The translations under genes and the position numbers were made by a program. Shown in pieces: positions 1 through 10,782 of a DNA stretch of 64,000 nt (position 1 is its first letter; every line of letters begins with the position of its first letter). Location of the stretch: IMG/VR virus record IMGVR_UViG_3300007735_000800, positions 62,278 to 126,277 of that record. One strand, given 5' to 3'. The notes beneath the pieces are model-generated. The model was given only the letters and a program-made list of their open reading frames with translations. It made no database searches and was not told where the DNA came from. This stretch comes from a virus.

Positions 1-1
1 T

Positions 2-115
2 GCAGCAATTTTGATTATAGCCGAGTATCAGTACAAATCTGCATTTGCAGCGGATCATGAAATCAATACTATGGCCATGTTGGTACAGATAATGATGGAT
101 TGTGAGTTTGCCTAA
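2..115 (+). CDS. gp44: clamp loader large subunit, C-terminal fragment (partial)
   Basis: Frame 2 reads AAILIIAEYQYKSAFAADHEINTMAMLVQIMMDCEFA*, the typical gp44 C-terminus; stop overlaps the gp62 ATG. Confidence 0.85.
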   Translation, partial: AAILIIAEYQYKSAFAADHEINTMAMLVQIMMDCEFA

Positions 116-504
116 TGGAACTATTTGATTTTATCAACAACATCAATTACCATAAAAAGCCAGTCCTAGATGAGGACGAAAAGGCAGATAAATTTTATCT
201 GCCTTTTATGGTAAATAAATATTATTCTTTTTTTGCAGATACCATATTTTATGCAAATGAGATGAATTGCAACTGGGAGTTAGATAAAAAACTTCAACAT
301 GATTTTTATTTGAATGGAATAAGGAAAAAGAAAAGATTTAATGCTTGGGTTAAGAAAGATACCGAAGACGATATTGAAACTATAAAAAAAGCATATAATT
401 ACACAGAGTCTAAAGCTCAAGAAGTGCTAAATATACTTGGACCCGATGGTGTGAAAAAGTTAAAACTTTTTATGCTTAAAGGTGGAACTAATAGTAAAGA
501 GTGA
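115..504 (+). CDS. gp62: clamp loader small subunit
   Basis: YLPFMVN..SFF.DTI..ANEMN...LDKKLQHDFYLNGIRKKKRF motif; lies between gp44 and regA. Confidence 0.85.
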   Translation: MELFDFINNINYHKKPVLDEDEKADKFYLPFMVNKYYSFFADTIFYANEMNCNWELDKKLQHDFYLNGIRKKKRFNAWVKKDTEDDIETIKKAYNYTESKAQEVLNILGPDGVKKLKLFMLKGGTNSKE

Positions 505-935
505 GTGATATGTCGGAAACATCAGATAAAATTTTTAATAATGTTGGCGTTCATATAAAACTTTTGGATCCAGAAGATTTTATGGTTGTCAGGGAAACCC
601 TATCGAGAATAGGGGTATCACCCAAAGGAAAAAAAGTTTTATATCAATCCTGCCATTTAATACATAAAAATGAAGTTTATATCATAGCCCATTTTAAGGA
701 ATTGTTTTCCTTGGATGGGCTTCCTTCCAATGTATCCGAAGAAGATTTAAAAAGAAGAAATGCAATCATATCTCTATTAGAGGAGTGGGAACTCTTAGAT
801 GTTGTTGACAAAGAAAAAATTAAAGATAAGATGCAAATCAGCGGTCTTAAAATTATAAAACATGAAGAAAAGAATGACTGGCAATTAATACCAAAATTTA
901 ATCCAGGCACTCTACGTAAATTTTTTAATAGTTGA
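501..935 (+). CDS. regA: translational repressor RegA
   Basis: DFMVVRETLSRIGV...LYQSCHLIHK..YIIAHFKELFSLDG signature. Confidence 0.92.
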   Translation: MSDMSETSDKIFNNVGVHIKLLDPEDFMVVRETLSRIGVSPKGKKVLYQSCHLIHKNEVYIIAHFKELFSLDGLPSNVSEEDLKRRNAIISLLEEWELLDVVDKEKIKDKMQISGLKIIKHEEKNDWQLIPKFNPGTLRKFFNS

Positions 936-942
936 GGAAATA

Positions 943-2184
943 ATGTACAATCTAACTCTTAGCATGATCGTAAAAAACGAGGCACCAAATATTCTACGGT
1001 GCTTGGAATCTGTAGCCCCATTTATTGATTATTATGTAATATGTGATACTGGGTCAACAGACAATACCAAAGAGATAATTAAAAATTTCTTTGACAGTAA
1101 AAACATACCAGGTGAAATATTGGACCATGAATGGAAACACTTTGGTCATAATAGAACAGAGGCACTTAAAGCTTGTTATGGAAAAACTAAATGGGCCATG
1201 ATGATTGATGCGGATGATTACCTATCCGGAAAGTTACCAGTAGAAAAATTTGATGATAATTTGGATGGATATGTTGTAAAAATTACAAGAGGGCCATTTG
1301 AGTGGTATAGGGCACAATTGTTTAATTTAGGAAAGAAAAATTGGTGGTATGAAGAACCACTTCATGAATATGCTATATGTGAACAACCTATAAATGTCGT
1401 TAGACTTGAAGGTGATTACAGCTGGGAAGTAAGAACAGAAGGATGCAGATCTAGAGAATCCGGTGGGGACGATAGAGAAAAATACAGAAAAGATTATTAT
1501 TTCCTTAAAAAATATCTTGAGGACCATCCAGATAATGTAAGAACCCAGTTTTATCTTGCACAATCTGCATTTGATGCTCATATGTTTGATGTAGCTGAAA
1601 TAGAATATGAAAAAAGAGCAAAAATGGGAGGATGGGTTGAAGAGGTATTCTATTCTTGGATGAGAGTTGGAATATCCCGGGAATTGCAGAACAAACCTCT
1701 CCCAGAAGTTATAGACGCATTCTTATTAGCACATGAAACTCTGCCAGTAAGAGCGGAACCATTCTGGCAAATGTCGTGCATCTATAGAAAACACAATAGA
1801 CCAAGAAATGCATATGTAATGGCATCTCATGCACTGCAAATACCAATACCACAAGACAATATTCTTTTCGTGGACAAGGGAAATTATACTTGGGGAATTT
1901 TGGACGAAATTGCAACAACGGCAGCACAGGTAGGAAAATTCCATGTTGGCCTTGCTGCATGTGATAAACTTCTTTCGGAATCACATTTGCCACCGGATCA
2001 GAGAGAAAGAGTTATGAGTAACAGAAATCTATATGTTGATGTTGTTTCTAAAATGAATGCTGAATTGATAAAGCAACAGCAAGAAATTTTAGAAAAACAG
2101 CAAAAGGCTATGGAATCGGCTGAAAAAAGATCAAAGCAAACTACTCTTAACATAGATTTATCAAAGCCACCCATTACGTTATAA
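943..2184 (+). CDS. GT2-family glycosyltransferase with C-terminal TPR-like region
   Basis: LSMIVKNEAPNILRCLESV...DTGSTD, DADD motif, HE motif, helical C-terminus. Confidence 0.85.
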   Translation: MYNLTLSMIVKNEAPNILRCLESVAPFIDYYVICDTGSTDNTKEIIKNFFDSKNIPGEILDHEWKHFGHNRTEALKACYGKTKWAMMIDADDYLSGKLPVEKFDDNLDGYVVKITRGPFEWYRAQLFNLGKKNWWYEEPLHEYAICEQPINVVRLEGDYSWEVRTEGCRSRESGGDDREKYRKDYYFLKKYLEDHPDNVRTQFYLAQSAFDAHMFDVAEIEYEKRAKMGGWVEEVFYSWMRVGISRELQNKPLPEVIDAFLLAHETLPVRAEPFWQMSCIYRKHNRPRNAYVMASHALQIPIPQDNILFVDKGNYTWGILDEIATTAAQVGKFHVGLAACDKLLSESHLPPDQRERVMSNRNLYVDVVSKMNAELIKQQQEILEKQQKAMESAEKRSKQTTLNIDLSKPPITL

Positions 2185-2223
2185 TAATCTCTAAATAATT
2201 AATAATGCATTAAAACATTATTA

Positions 2224-2634
2224 ATGGAGATTTTTATGGCCGAAAACTACGACATAATTGTTGTAAAAGGCGATACAGCTAGATGGTCTTCCTTCTTTTA
2301 TAGCCTAACAGGAGGAAATACCTTCGATTTTAGTGGATGTACCATGTACATGCAAGTAAGATCTGGATATTATGCTGAACCCCTTTTGGCCGGCTACACA
2401 CAATACATTTCCGCAGGAGCCTCTTTAGATTATCCTAAAGGATTAACCGGAGGAATATCTGCAGGTGCTACTGGAGGAACTGTATATTTTTGCATAGGTT
2501 CTTCTCAGTCAAATCAACTCACAGCAGATAGAATGTGCAAATATGATGTAAAAGTAGAACATCCCAGTTTAATGGACAAATACACAATCATTAGAGGAAA
2601 TGTTCAAGTATTGGGCAACGTAACTAACATATAA
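2224..2634 (+). CDS. hypothetical protein, probably structural (beta-rich)
   Basis: Intact ORF downstream of TAAATA at about 2192, coupled to the collagen gene. Confidence 0.55.
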   Translation: MEIFMAENYDIIVVKGDTARWSSFFYSLTGGNTFDFSGCTMYMQVRSGYYAEPLLAGYTQYISAGASLDYPKGLTGGISAGATGGTVYFCIGSSQSNQLTADRMCKYDVKVEHPSLMDKYTIIRGNVQVLGNVTNI

Positions 2635-4646
2635 TGTTCTTCGGAAAGAACAAAACATCTTTAAAATTGTCTAAACCATTCCCTGGATTGGCCGAAGGTT
2701 GTGAATATTTTATAGTGGAGAGTGCAACAAATCCAAAAAAAATAAAAATTGGAAATGGTCTCACTCAATTATACTTGAGAGACAGTGATGGTGAAAGTTA
2801 TTTGATTGAGGGAAATTCAACAAAAATAAAAAACATATTTACACCAATAAAAAATTATGATTCATTGGATGGAAAAATTTACAAATTAAAAAGATCCTTT
2901 GGTTCTTTTGATCAAAATGAACTTGTAAAATTCATAGATCCAACTAATTATGATGAAAAAATACAATTTGGGATTGGAGTCACCGAACAATACATAATCA
3001 AAAAGAGCAATGATAAAGTAATAAAGGTTTATGGAAATTCAAATCAAATAAAAAGTTTATTCGAAGAAGTTCAAATAAATAAACCTCAAATATCAAAAGT
3101 AACAGTACCACAAAAACCAGTTAAAATAATAGAAAAAGTTATAGTAAAAGAATCTATACCTGTCATAGGTGAACAAGGTTTGCGAGGAGAGCGTGGTGAA
3201 ATTGGTAATGAAGGTCCGCCGGGACCACAGGGTCCGGTTGGACCTAGAGGACCACAGGGAATACAGGGAGAGCGCGGTGAAATAGGTCCAAAAGGTGAAC
3301 AAGGAATTCCCGGTCCAAAAGGAAATGTTGGTCCACAGGGAGAGCGGGGACCAAAAGGTGATAAAGGAGACAGCGGAGCCAAAGGTGATAAAGGTGATGT
3401 TGGGCCACAAGGAAACCCCGGTCTAAAGGGGGATAAAGGAGATATAGGACCCAAAGGAGATACCGGAGAACCTGGGTTTGATGGAAGAGATGGTCTTCCG
3501 GGTCCACAGGGGGAACAAGGAATACAAGGTCCTGTTGGACCTCAAGGTCCCAAAGGTCCACAAGGAATACGGGGACCAGTTGGTCCAGAGGGTCCAATGG
3601 GCCCACAAGGAATCGCTGGAAAAGATGGACAGTCTTCTTTTACTGAAGTAGAACACCCTTTGGTGTTGGAAGACAATATATTAAAATTTGATTCCAAGCA
3701 CATAGCAACACTTTTAAGTAAAAGTGGTGGTGGTGATGTAAAAAGTATTTTAGATAAATTGTCATTACTTTATACGAGTGGTGGTGGTGCCGTAGGAATT
3801 AAATTTAATGGAAATTATCTTTTAAAATCTGTAAGTGACGTAAATTTTACTGGAGCCGGTGTAATTGTAACACGTCAGGGTAAAAATGTAACAGTAAACA
3901 TACCAGGGTCAGAAGGAACAGTAACTTCTTTAACTGCTGGTGCCGGAATAACATTGAGCCCATCATCTGGAATAGGCAATGTTACCATAACAAATCTATT
4001 AAGCGTAAAGGGACTTGATGGAACGATTCAATTATCAAATGATGGTGCAACGGATTTAAAATCTGATAATGCATTTCGTCTGGATCCAATTACAGCTAAT
4101 TTAGAAATACCAAACGGACTTAAAATTTTACCTAGTGGCTCAAATGATTATATTGAATTTAAAAATGGATCCACACAAGGAACCGCACCAAATAAATTTT
4201 ATTATCAAACAACATATCCTTCCGGCGTAACTCAAGGTGACCGTTGGATGGATTCCGATAATGGTATTGAATATGTTTATATTTACGATGGAAATACCAA
4301 CCAGTGGGTTCAACCAACTAATACAGGCGGATCTAGCAGCACTACAATTTCTGTTCTTGCAACCACCACAGTTATCGGAGCAACTTATGCGGCTCTCCCC
4401 ACAGACTATTACATCGGTGTAAGTTATGCTGGTCCAGTAACAGTAACACTCCCAGTAAATCCAGAAACTGGAAGAGAAATTGTAGTAAAAGATGAATCTG
4501 GAAATGCAGGCAATGGAGTCAATCGTCAGATCACGATTGTCGGAGCCACTGCATCACATAAAATCGACAATCAAAGTTCAGCGATAATAAACCTAGACAA
4601 TGCCGGTCTCCATTTTATCTACAGATCCGGCTGGAGAATAATATAA
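2634..4646 (+). CDS. collagen triple-helix repeat protein (fibre-like)
   Basis: Long Gly-X-Y run followed by a T/G/S-rich fibre-like C-terminus. Confidence 0.85.
   Translation: MFFGKNKTSLKLSKPFPGLAEGCEYFIVESATNPKKIKIGNGLTQLYLRDSDGESYLIEGNSTKIKNIFTPIKNYDSLDGKIYKLKRSFGSFDQNELVKFIDPTNYDEKIQFGIGVTEQYIIKKSNDKVIKVYGNSNQIKSLFEEVQINKPQISKVTVPQKPVKIIEKVIVKESIPVIGEQGLRGERGEIGNEGPPGPQGPVGPRGPQGIQGERGEIGPKGEQGIPGPKGNVGPQGERGPKGDKGDSGAKGDKGDVGPQGNPGLKGDKGDIGPKGDTGEPGFDGRDGLPGPQGEQGIQGPVGPQGPKGPQGIRGPVGPEGPMGPQGIAGKDGQSSFTEVEHPLVLEDNILKFDSKHIATLLSKSGGGDVKSILDKLSLLYTSGGGAVGIKFNGNYLLKSVSDVNFTGAGVIVTRQGKNVTVNIPGSEGTVTSLTAGAGITLSPSSGIGNVTITNLLSVKGLDGTIQLSNDGATDLKSDNAFRLDPITANLEIPNGLKILPSGSNDYIEFKNGSTQGTAPNKFYYQTTYPSGVTQGDRWMDSDNGIEYVYIYDGNTNQWVQPTNTGGSSSTTISVLATTTVIGATYAALPTDYYIGVSYAGPVTVTLPVNPETGREIVVKDESGNAGNGVNRQITIVGATASHKIDNQSSAIINLDNAGLHFIYRSGWRII
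3168..3632 (+). repeat. Gly-X-Y collagen coding repeat
   Basis: [19 protein letters not shown]... continuous triplet periodicity. Confidence 0.9.
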
Positions 4647-5881
4647 TGTCATACCTATACAACGATCTGGTTGGATTTAAAGAAAATTCAGTTGATGCTT
4701 TCAACCGTTTAAAAGTCAGCCAACCATTCACTTTATTTGATAGCCAGCATCGTTATCAGGTAAATGATAAATGGAATTATATTGGTGCAACGGGAGGCAC
4801 GTATTCTTACAATATAACAGAAAGCACGGTATCTCTTACTACAGGAACAACGGTGGGGTCCAAATTATATTGTGAAACCAAAAGAGTGTTTTCATACCAG
4901 CCCGGAAAATCTTTATTGGTCGTTTTAACTTCGGCTTTTAATCAACCAAAATCTGGTTTAAGGCAAAGAGTTGGATATTTTGGAGTAACTGGTGGATTTA
5001 CGGGTGCAACACCATATAATGGAATTTATTTGGAACAAGACGGTTTAACTTTATCAATTTGCATGGCATCGGCATCACTTGGAACAACCACGGTCGTTAA
5101 CCAAAGCAATTGGAATGGTGATAAGTTTGATGGGACTGGTGAGTCCGGAAGAATTTTGGATGTCACAAAAGCAAATATTTTTTGGCAAGATATTGAATGG
5201 CTTGGTGTTGGTGATGTAAGAACTGGATTTTTTGTTGATGGTAAACCAGTTGTGGCTCACACATTTCATAATGATAACATAAATTCAACAACTTATATGA
5301 CAACTGCATGTTTGCCGATGCGGTATGAAATTGAAAATACTGCAGGACAAACTGGAAGTAGTACCATGCGCCAAATTTGCGCAACTGTGATGTCTGAGGG
5401 AGGATATGAGGGATTTACACGAAGATTTAATGTATCCAAAAATGGATCAAATGCAACAGCATTAACTACTCAGGACGTGCAATATCCAATGATAGCTTTG
5501 CGTTTAAATTCAAATCGCTTGGATAGCATAATTGTTCCTTCAAATATTAGTGTTGTTGCCGAACCAGGAATAAACAATAAACCAACCACGGTTCAATACA
5601 GAATATTGCTTAATCCAACTCTAACAGGCAATACTTGGACAACGCATTATAATGGAAATGTCGATTATAATATCACGGCAACAGCTGTAACTGGAGGGAC
5701 CGATATTATCGGTGGATACGTTAGCAGCAGTGGATCATTGGACATTTCTAGCATAAATGATTTTAATTTTCAACTTGGAAGAACACAATTGGGGGTCAGC
5801 GACACATTTGTGTTAACAATGACAGGAATAGAAGATGGAACCAACGTTTATTGCGATCTTTCATGGTTCGAAATCATATAA
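4646..5881 (+). CDS. virion structural protein (putative)
   Basis: DAFNRLKVSQPFTLFDS motif seen in T4-like structural proteins; beta-rich composition. Confidence 0.55.
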   Translation: MSYLYNDLVGFKENSVDAFNRLKVSQPFTLFDSQHRYQVNDKWNYIGATGGTYSYNITESTVSLTTGTTVGSKLYCETKRVFSYQPGKSLLVVLTSAFNQPKSGLRQRVGYFGVTGGFTGATPYNGIYLEQDGLTLSICMASASLGTTTVVNQSNWNGDKFDGTGESGRILDVTKANIFWQDIEWLGVGDVRTGFFVDGKPVVAHTFHNDNINSTTYMTTACLPMRYEIENTAGQTGSSTMRQICATVMSEGGYEGFTRRFNVSKNGSNATALTTQDVQYPMIALRLNSNRLDSIIVPSNISVVAEPGINNKPTTVQYRILLNPTLTGNTWTTHYNGNVDYNITATAVTGGTDIIGGYVSSSGSLDISSINDFNFQLGRTQLGVSDTFVLTMTGIEDGTNVYCDLSWFEII

Positions 5882-5891
5882 ATATTAAGAC

Positions 5892-7910
5892 ATGCCACTA
5901 GATTTTCCTCCATCTCCCGCAGTAAACGAAATTTACACCTTTGGTGGCCGTTATTGGATATGGAACGGCACAGCGTGGGATTCTTACAGTCCAGTTACAA
6001 CAATCACAACTTTAAATGGTTTAACTGGTACGGTAGGAATCACCGCAGGAAGTGGAATGGGTGTTACTGTTTCCGGACAGAACATTGTATTGAACAATAC
6101 CGGAGTTTTAAGTTTTAATGGTTTGACTGGAGCCGTTACTGGAGTAACTACAGGAACTGCAAATACATTTGGACCAGTTCAAAGTTTCAATGGTGGGATA
6201 GTTGCATCTGGTGCGACTTTGACCGGAAATGTTTATATCACTGGATTGACTACCCCATCAGTAGACTCTCAGGCTGCAAATAAAGCATATGTTGATTCTG
6301 TTGCAAGCGTAGGAATTCATTATCATACCGGAGTAACTTTAGCCTCCACAGATTCCGAGACTTTTAATACTGGTGTAACATATGACAATGGGGCATCGGG
6401 AGTAGGTGCTACATTAAGAAAGACCGCATCCTTTGCAAGAATAAACATCGACTCAACAGATGGTTCAACTGGCGACAGAATTCTAATAAGATCCGCAGCA
6501 ACGCAACAGTGGAATGGTGTTTACAGCGTAACAAATCAAGGAAGTGGATCTACCGGATGGATTCTCACCAGAACCACGGATGCCGATAATTACCATCCAT
6601 ACGAAAATGATGGTTTGGGTGGCAATGATTATTTCTTTGTCACTGGTGGCAGTAGCCTAAAGAACAATGCATACATTTGTTCGAATGTCGGTGGAATTAC
6701 TTTTGGCACAACTGCAATAACATTTGCAATATTCAGCACACCACCTGTATACACAGCAGGAACTGGATTGGCTCTGAATTCCCTGCAGTTCAGCAATACG
6801 GGTGTTCTTAGCTTTAACGGTTCTACTGGATCTATAACAGGTGTTTCTAGTGTTCGCGGTCTCACTGGTGCAATAGGAATCACCAACGGCAGCGGAATCG
6901 GTCTAAGTGTTTCCGGTCAAACAATGACCTTCAGCAACACTGGAGTTTTGAGTATTGACGGGGGAACTGGTGCCATTACGAATGTTGCTAGGACTAATGT
7001 AACTAATAATTTTTCAACATCACAAAATGTAAATGGATCTATAGTAGCCTCTAACCCAATTTTTAGTGTAACTGTAAGTCCAACAAAAATTACTTTTTAT
7101 GAAGACAGTCTCGGGTTTTCAACAGATTTATATACTGGTCAATATATAAATCAATCCATTTATTTACCTAGTTACACCACCACTTTAGCAGGACTTTCTG
7201 GGGATCCTCAAACCTTTACAGGTACAAATATATTCAATTCCATTGCATACTTTAATGGTGGTATCAGTGCTGCTGGAGCAACATTCAGTTCACTTGCAAG
7301 ATTCAATGCAGGAATCTCTGCTGCTGGTGGTACATTCTCTGCTCTTACAAGATTCACCGCAGGAATCTCTGCTGCTGGTGGTACATTCTCGGGCACTCAA
7401 ACATTCGTTAATGGCGCAACTTTTCAAGGAAACATAAATGCACCAAATATTGTTACGAGTTTCAATGGACTGACAGGTGCTGTTACAGGAGTTACCACAG
7501 GATCTGCAAATACCTTTACGGCACTGCAAACTTTCAACTCTGGTATTAGTGCTGCTGGTGGTGTTACATTTGCAGGAACTGTTGCATCCGATACAGGTTA
7601 TAGAATTACTTCAAATGCAATAAATGCACAGACAGGAACTACATATACATTCTTGGCTACAGACAATGGAAAAGTTGTGACATTTAACAATGGTTCTGCA
7701 ATAACTGTAACAATTCCTACAGGACTTCCTGTTGGCTTCAACTGCACGGGAATTCAATTGGGTGCAGGGCAAGTAGGATTCACTGCAGCATCGGGAGTAA
7801 CTTTGAATGCATATTCAAGTGCATACAAGATTGCTGGACAACATGGAGCTGCTTCTCTTGTGTCATATACAACAAATATCTACAATCTTTCAGGTTCTCT
7901 AAATCCATGA
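5892..7910 (+). CDS. tail-fibre-like repeat protein
   Basis: Repeated NTGVLSFNGLTGAVTGV and FNxGISAAGGTFS units (45-nt tandem units near 7250-7395); TAAATA promoter upstream. Confidence 0.7.
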   Translation: MPLDFPPSPAVNEIYTFGGRYWIWNGTAWDSYSPVTTITTLNGLTGTVGITAGSGMGVTVSGQNIVLNNTGVLSFNGLTGAVTGVTTGTANTFGPVQSFNGGIVASGATLTGNVYITGLTTPSVDSQAANKAYVDSVASVGIHYHTGVTLASTDSETFNTGVTYDNGASGVGATLRKTASFARINIDSTDGSTGDRILIRSAATQQWNGVYSVTNQGSGSTGWILTRTTDADNYHPYENDGLGGNDYFFVTGGSSLKNNAYICSNVGGITFGTTAITFAIFSTPPVYTAGTGLALNSLQFSNTGVLSFNGSTGSITGVSSVRGLTGAIGITNGSGIGLSVSGQTMTFSNTGVLSIDGGTGAITNVARTNVTNNFSTSQNVNGSIVASNPIFSVTVSPTKITFYEDSLGFSTDLYTGQYINQSIYLPSYTTTLAGLSGDPQTFTGTNIFNSIAYFNGGISAAGATFSSLARFNAGISAAGGTFSALTRFTAGISAAGGTFSGTQTFVNGATFQGNINAPNIVTSFNGLTGAVTGVTTGSANTFTALQTFNSGISAAGGVTFAGTVASDTGYRITSNAINAQTGTTYTFLATDNGKVVTFNNGSAITVTIPTGLPVGFNCTGIQLGAGQVGFTAASGVTLNAYSSAYKIAGQHGAASLVSYTTNIYNLSGSLNP

Positions 7911-8668
7911 GATCAATTCCTTCTGGCAGAGGTTTTTCGGTTGCTTCCCAGATGCTTACTGTTGTCAAGGACAGCAGCCTTCTTCTCAATCTGGACGCAG
8001 GAGACACAAATAGTTATTCTGGATCTGGAACCACTTGGACGGATCGCAGCACACAGGCTGGAAGCGTTACCTTGACAAACGGTCCATCATACAATACCAC
8101 AACATCTCCAAATATTTTGTTTGACGGTGTTGATGATTATGCTGTTGATGGAGGAAACTCTGCAATCAAAGCAATATCAAATGGTGGGAGTTACACCATT
8201 GATGCATGGATGAAATTAAATTCTTTGACTACTAGCCAGTATCTTTGTGGAAATCAAAATGCTACAGTTGGCTCATATGGGTTTGGGTTGCTATTGGTGC
8301 CATCATTAAACAGCGTAAGATTTTTTTATACTTCAGCCACATCTATTAATGTATTAACTTTAAGTGGTATTACTTTTAATACAACTTGGATGCATTTTAA
8401 TGCATCATTTCAATACAATAATGGTTCGTCACCAGCACAGAGTGTATACACAATATACATCAATTCTGTTCAACAAATAACAAGTACAAACAGTCAGCCT
8501 ACAGGAACTTTGGCTAATTCTGCAAATTCTTTTTACATAGGAAGAAGACCCAATGCAACACTTCCGGCTAGTATGAATTTAGCAACTTTTAAACTTTATA
8601 ACAGAGTATTGAGTTCAACCGAAGTCACACAAAATTATAATTCCGGAAAAGGAAGATTTGGATTATGA
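7907..8668 (+). CDS. LamG / concanavalin A-like lectin domain protein
   Basis: LLLNLDAGDTNSYSGSGTTWTD...FDGVDDY...KLYNRVLSSTEVTQNYN. Confidence 0.8.
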   Translation: MRSIPSGRGFSVASQMLTVVKDSSLLLNLDAGDTNSYSGSGTTWTDRSTQAGSVTLTNGPSYNTTTSPNILFDGVDDYAVDGGNSAIKAISNGGSYTIDAWMKLNSLTTSQYLCGNQNATVGSYGFGLLLVPSLNSVRFFYTSATSINVLTLSGITFNTTWMHFNASFQYNNGSSPAQSVYTIYINSVQQITSTNSQPTGTLANSANSFYIGRRPNATLPASMNLATFKLYNRVLSSTEVTQNYNSGKGRFGL

Positions 8669-8904
8669 ATACAACTTATATCATAATAAATGTCTCAGAA
8701 CTTCCTTTGGTGCATTTTGATGATGTATTGGAAAACTCTACAAATACTTTAAGGTATTCTTTGGATGGAACTAAGACAATTGTTAAATGGCAAGGTTCAG
8801 ATCCAGATTTTTTAAAAGACTTGACAACGGTTGAAGGACCTTACACTTTCCAAGAAATTTTACCGATACTTGGAGGAACTGAGTGGACAGAACCGGAGAT
8901 ATGA
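8665..8904 (+). CDS. small hypothetical protein
   Basis: Coupled ORF; TLRYSLDGTKTIVKW motif. Confidence 0.6.
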   Translation: MNTTYIIINVSELPLVHFDDVLENSTNTLRYSLDGTKTIVKWQGSDPDFLKDLTTVEGPYTFQEILPILGGTEWTEPEI

Positions 8905-8919
8905 GTATAATATACTTAT

Positions 8920-9441
8920 ATGATCCTTCAATATTTTAAACACTCACCAGATGTCGTAGACCCAAATTTTCAGACTCGTATGGCAGCATGCTTTGACTTG
9001 GCTGCATATATCCCAACAAACGAGAAAATTAAAATTTATCAGGGCAAAAGTTTCACGGAAGTCTTTCCGGAATATGATTCTTCCAATGAAAAGAACTTCA
9101 TTGCCCTGATGCCCGGAGAAAGGGCTTTAATCCGCACAGGATTGACTTTTAACGTGCCCGAGCAGTATTCCCTCCGTCTGCACCCCCGTTCAGGGATGGC
9201 CCTTAAATACGGTTTAACGCTGGCTAATTGCGAAGGTATTGTGGACGAGGACTATACTCTGGAGACCAAAATTATCATCCTTAACACCAATACTACCGAT
9301 GCTATCAAAATTTATGACAGGGACAGGGTGGCTCAGGCTGAAGTGGTTGAATACGAACAGTGCTATTTTCAGGAAATTTATAAAGAACCTGATCAAAAAT
9401 CAAACAGAATCGGTGGGTTTGGAAGCACCGGAGTCGCTTGA
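8920..9441 (+). CDS. dut: trimeric dUTPase
   Basis: AACFDL, PRSG, GIVDEDY, RVAQ, RIGGFGSTG motifs. Confidence 0.93.
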   Translation: MILQYFKHSPDVVDPNFQTRMAACFDLAAYIPTNEKIKIYQGKSFTEVFPEYDSSNEKNFIALMPGERALIRTGLTFNVPEQYSLRLHPRSGMALKYGLTLANCEGIVDEDYTLETKIIILNTNTTDAIKIYDRDRVAQAEVVEYEQCYFQEIYKEPDQKSNRIGGFGSTGVA

Positions 9442-9669
9442 TTTTTTGCTAGGCCACTTAACAGATTTAAATTCTCTCCAAGCTGTCCAAGCAACTATTG
9501 CCAAAACGATTATATACCAAAAGCTCCATTCAGATGCTTGATTTGGTGTACTGAAGAATGGATTTGGTGTTGTTGTATGGATTGGATTTCCAGCCTTGTC
9601 TTTCATGTAGACAAACTGTGGAGATGTGCAGGATGATAGAATCAAAAATATAGGAATTAGGTATTTCAT
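9400..9669 (-). CDS. lipoprotein with C-terminal TM helix (unimolecular spanin candidate)
   Basis: MKYLIPIFLILSSC lipobox; WSFWYIIVLAIVAWTAW hydrophobic helix followed by a basic tail. Confidence 0.45.
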   Translation of the reverse strand: MKYLIPIFLILSSCTSPQFVYMKDKAGNPIHTTTPNPFFSTPNQASEWSFWYIIVLAIVAWTAWREFKSVKWPSKKSSDSGASKPTDSV

Positions 9670-10100
9670 GCTTTATCTCCAGATACCGAAGTTCCAAAGT
9701 AAAACCCAACAACCGCCAACAGAACTTGTCGATTTTCTTGAGCCAAGAAGTATCCCGGGATCTCCACAAAATATCTTCTAGTGGTTTCGGGAATCATTCC
9801 AAAAATACTTTCGGGTTGTTTTTGCTCAAATTCAGTGAATGTTGGAATCCCAAAGAATGGAAGTACAAAAGGAGCAGCAACCACGGCAAACAAGCATGTT
9901 AAAACAATAAGTCTTCTTACATTTCTACCAACATCCAAAGGAACTCGTTGGGCTGCTTTGTCTTGGTTGTTTGTTGTCTGTTGGTTGGACTTAATAAGGC
10001 GTTCAAACATTTCTTTTTGGTCTTGAGCCCGTTGAGCCCAATACTTGAACAGAAATCCTGTCACGCCCCCACCAATCAAAGATAAAAGTTCTACGCTCAT
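9666..10100 (-). CDS. holin-like membrane protein (3TM-holin type)
   Basis: Three hydrophobic segments ending LLAVVGFYFG. Confidence 0.5.
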   Translation of the reverse strand: MSVELLSLIGGGVTGFLFKYWAQRAQDQKEMFERLIKSNQQTTNNQDKAAQRVPLDVGRNVRRLIVLTCLFAVVAAPFVLPFFGIPTFTEFEQKQPESIFGMIPETTRRYFVEIPGYFLAQENRQVLLAVVGFYFGTSVSGDKA

Positions 10101-10107
10101 AATTACC

Positions 10108-10713
10108 TCAGTTCTTTTGATATGAAAGTTGTATTTCTACCGAATCACGGATACTTTCAAAATAGTCTGTAACGGATTGTGCATTTTCCATGTCAGGTGG
10201 AAAATCAAAATGCCATTGAAGCAAAATAAAACCAATGTTTACATTTTTGTTTCTAATTGGCAGGCAGGCATAATGAGAAATATTTTCATCCTCAAAGAAA
10301 TGCTTTGCATAAGAATTGGACATTGCCTCAACATGATGCACAATTACTTTGTTATCAAGTACTGCGTGGAGCAGAGGAATAAACAGAGAACAGAGAACAT
10401 TCTTGAATTTTAAAGATTGTGAAATATAACCTTTGTGCGACGATTCGTGTGTGATTGAAAACTTACGCATGGAAATTCCATCCATGAAGTATTCACCATT
10501 ATGAAATTGCAAAACACTTACACGCATCGCCTTGCTGTTTATTCTGAGTTCTGTTAATAATTCATGAATTTCTGTGTGTATGGCAATAAAGTTGTCTGAT
10601 TTTGGACGAGATTGTATAAATTTTACTACCCCCCATCCTATTCCCAAAATTCCAAAAACTGCTATGGAAATAACTTCGATAAGTTTAGAAAAATCTGGGA
10701 TTAGTGCCAACAT
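10108..10713 (-). CDS. single-TM protein with GAF-like domain (T4 holin T-like architecture)
   Basis: N-terminal TM, then RVSVLQFHNG..KFSITHE..ACLPI..IGFILL GAF-like pattern. Confidence 0.5.
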   Translation of the reverse strand: MLALIPDFSKLIEVISIAVFGILGIGWGVVKFIQSRPKSDNFIAIHTEIHELLTELRINSKAMRVSVLQFHNGEYFMDGISMRKFSITHESSHKGYISQSLKFKNVLCSLFIPLLHAVLDNKVIVHHVEAMSNSYAKHFFEDENISHYACLPIRNKNVNIGFILLQWHFDFPPDMENAQSVTDYFESIRDSVEIQLSYQKN

Positions 10714-10782
10714 CTTGTGAAATTCTCCGTGTCTTAATATTTAGACTTGACGACCCCTATAACTAGTGTATATTGAACTACC

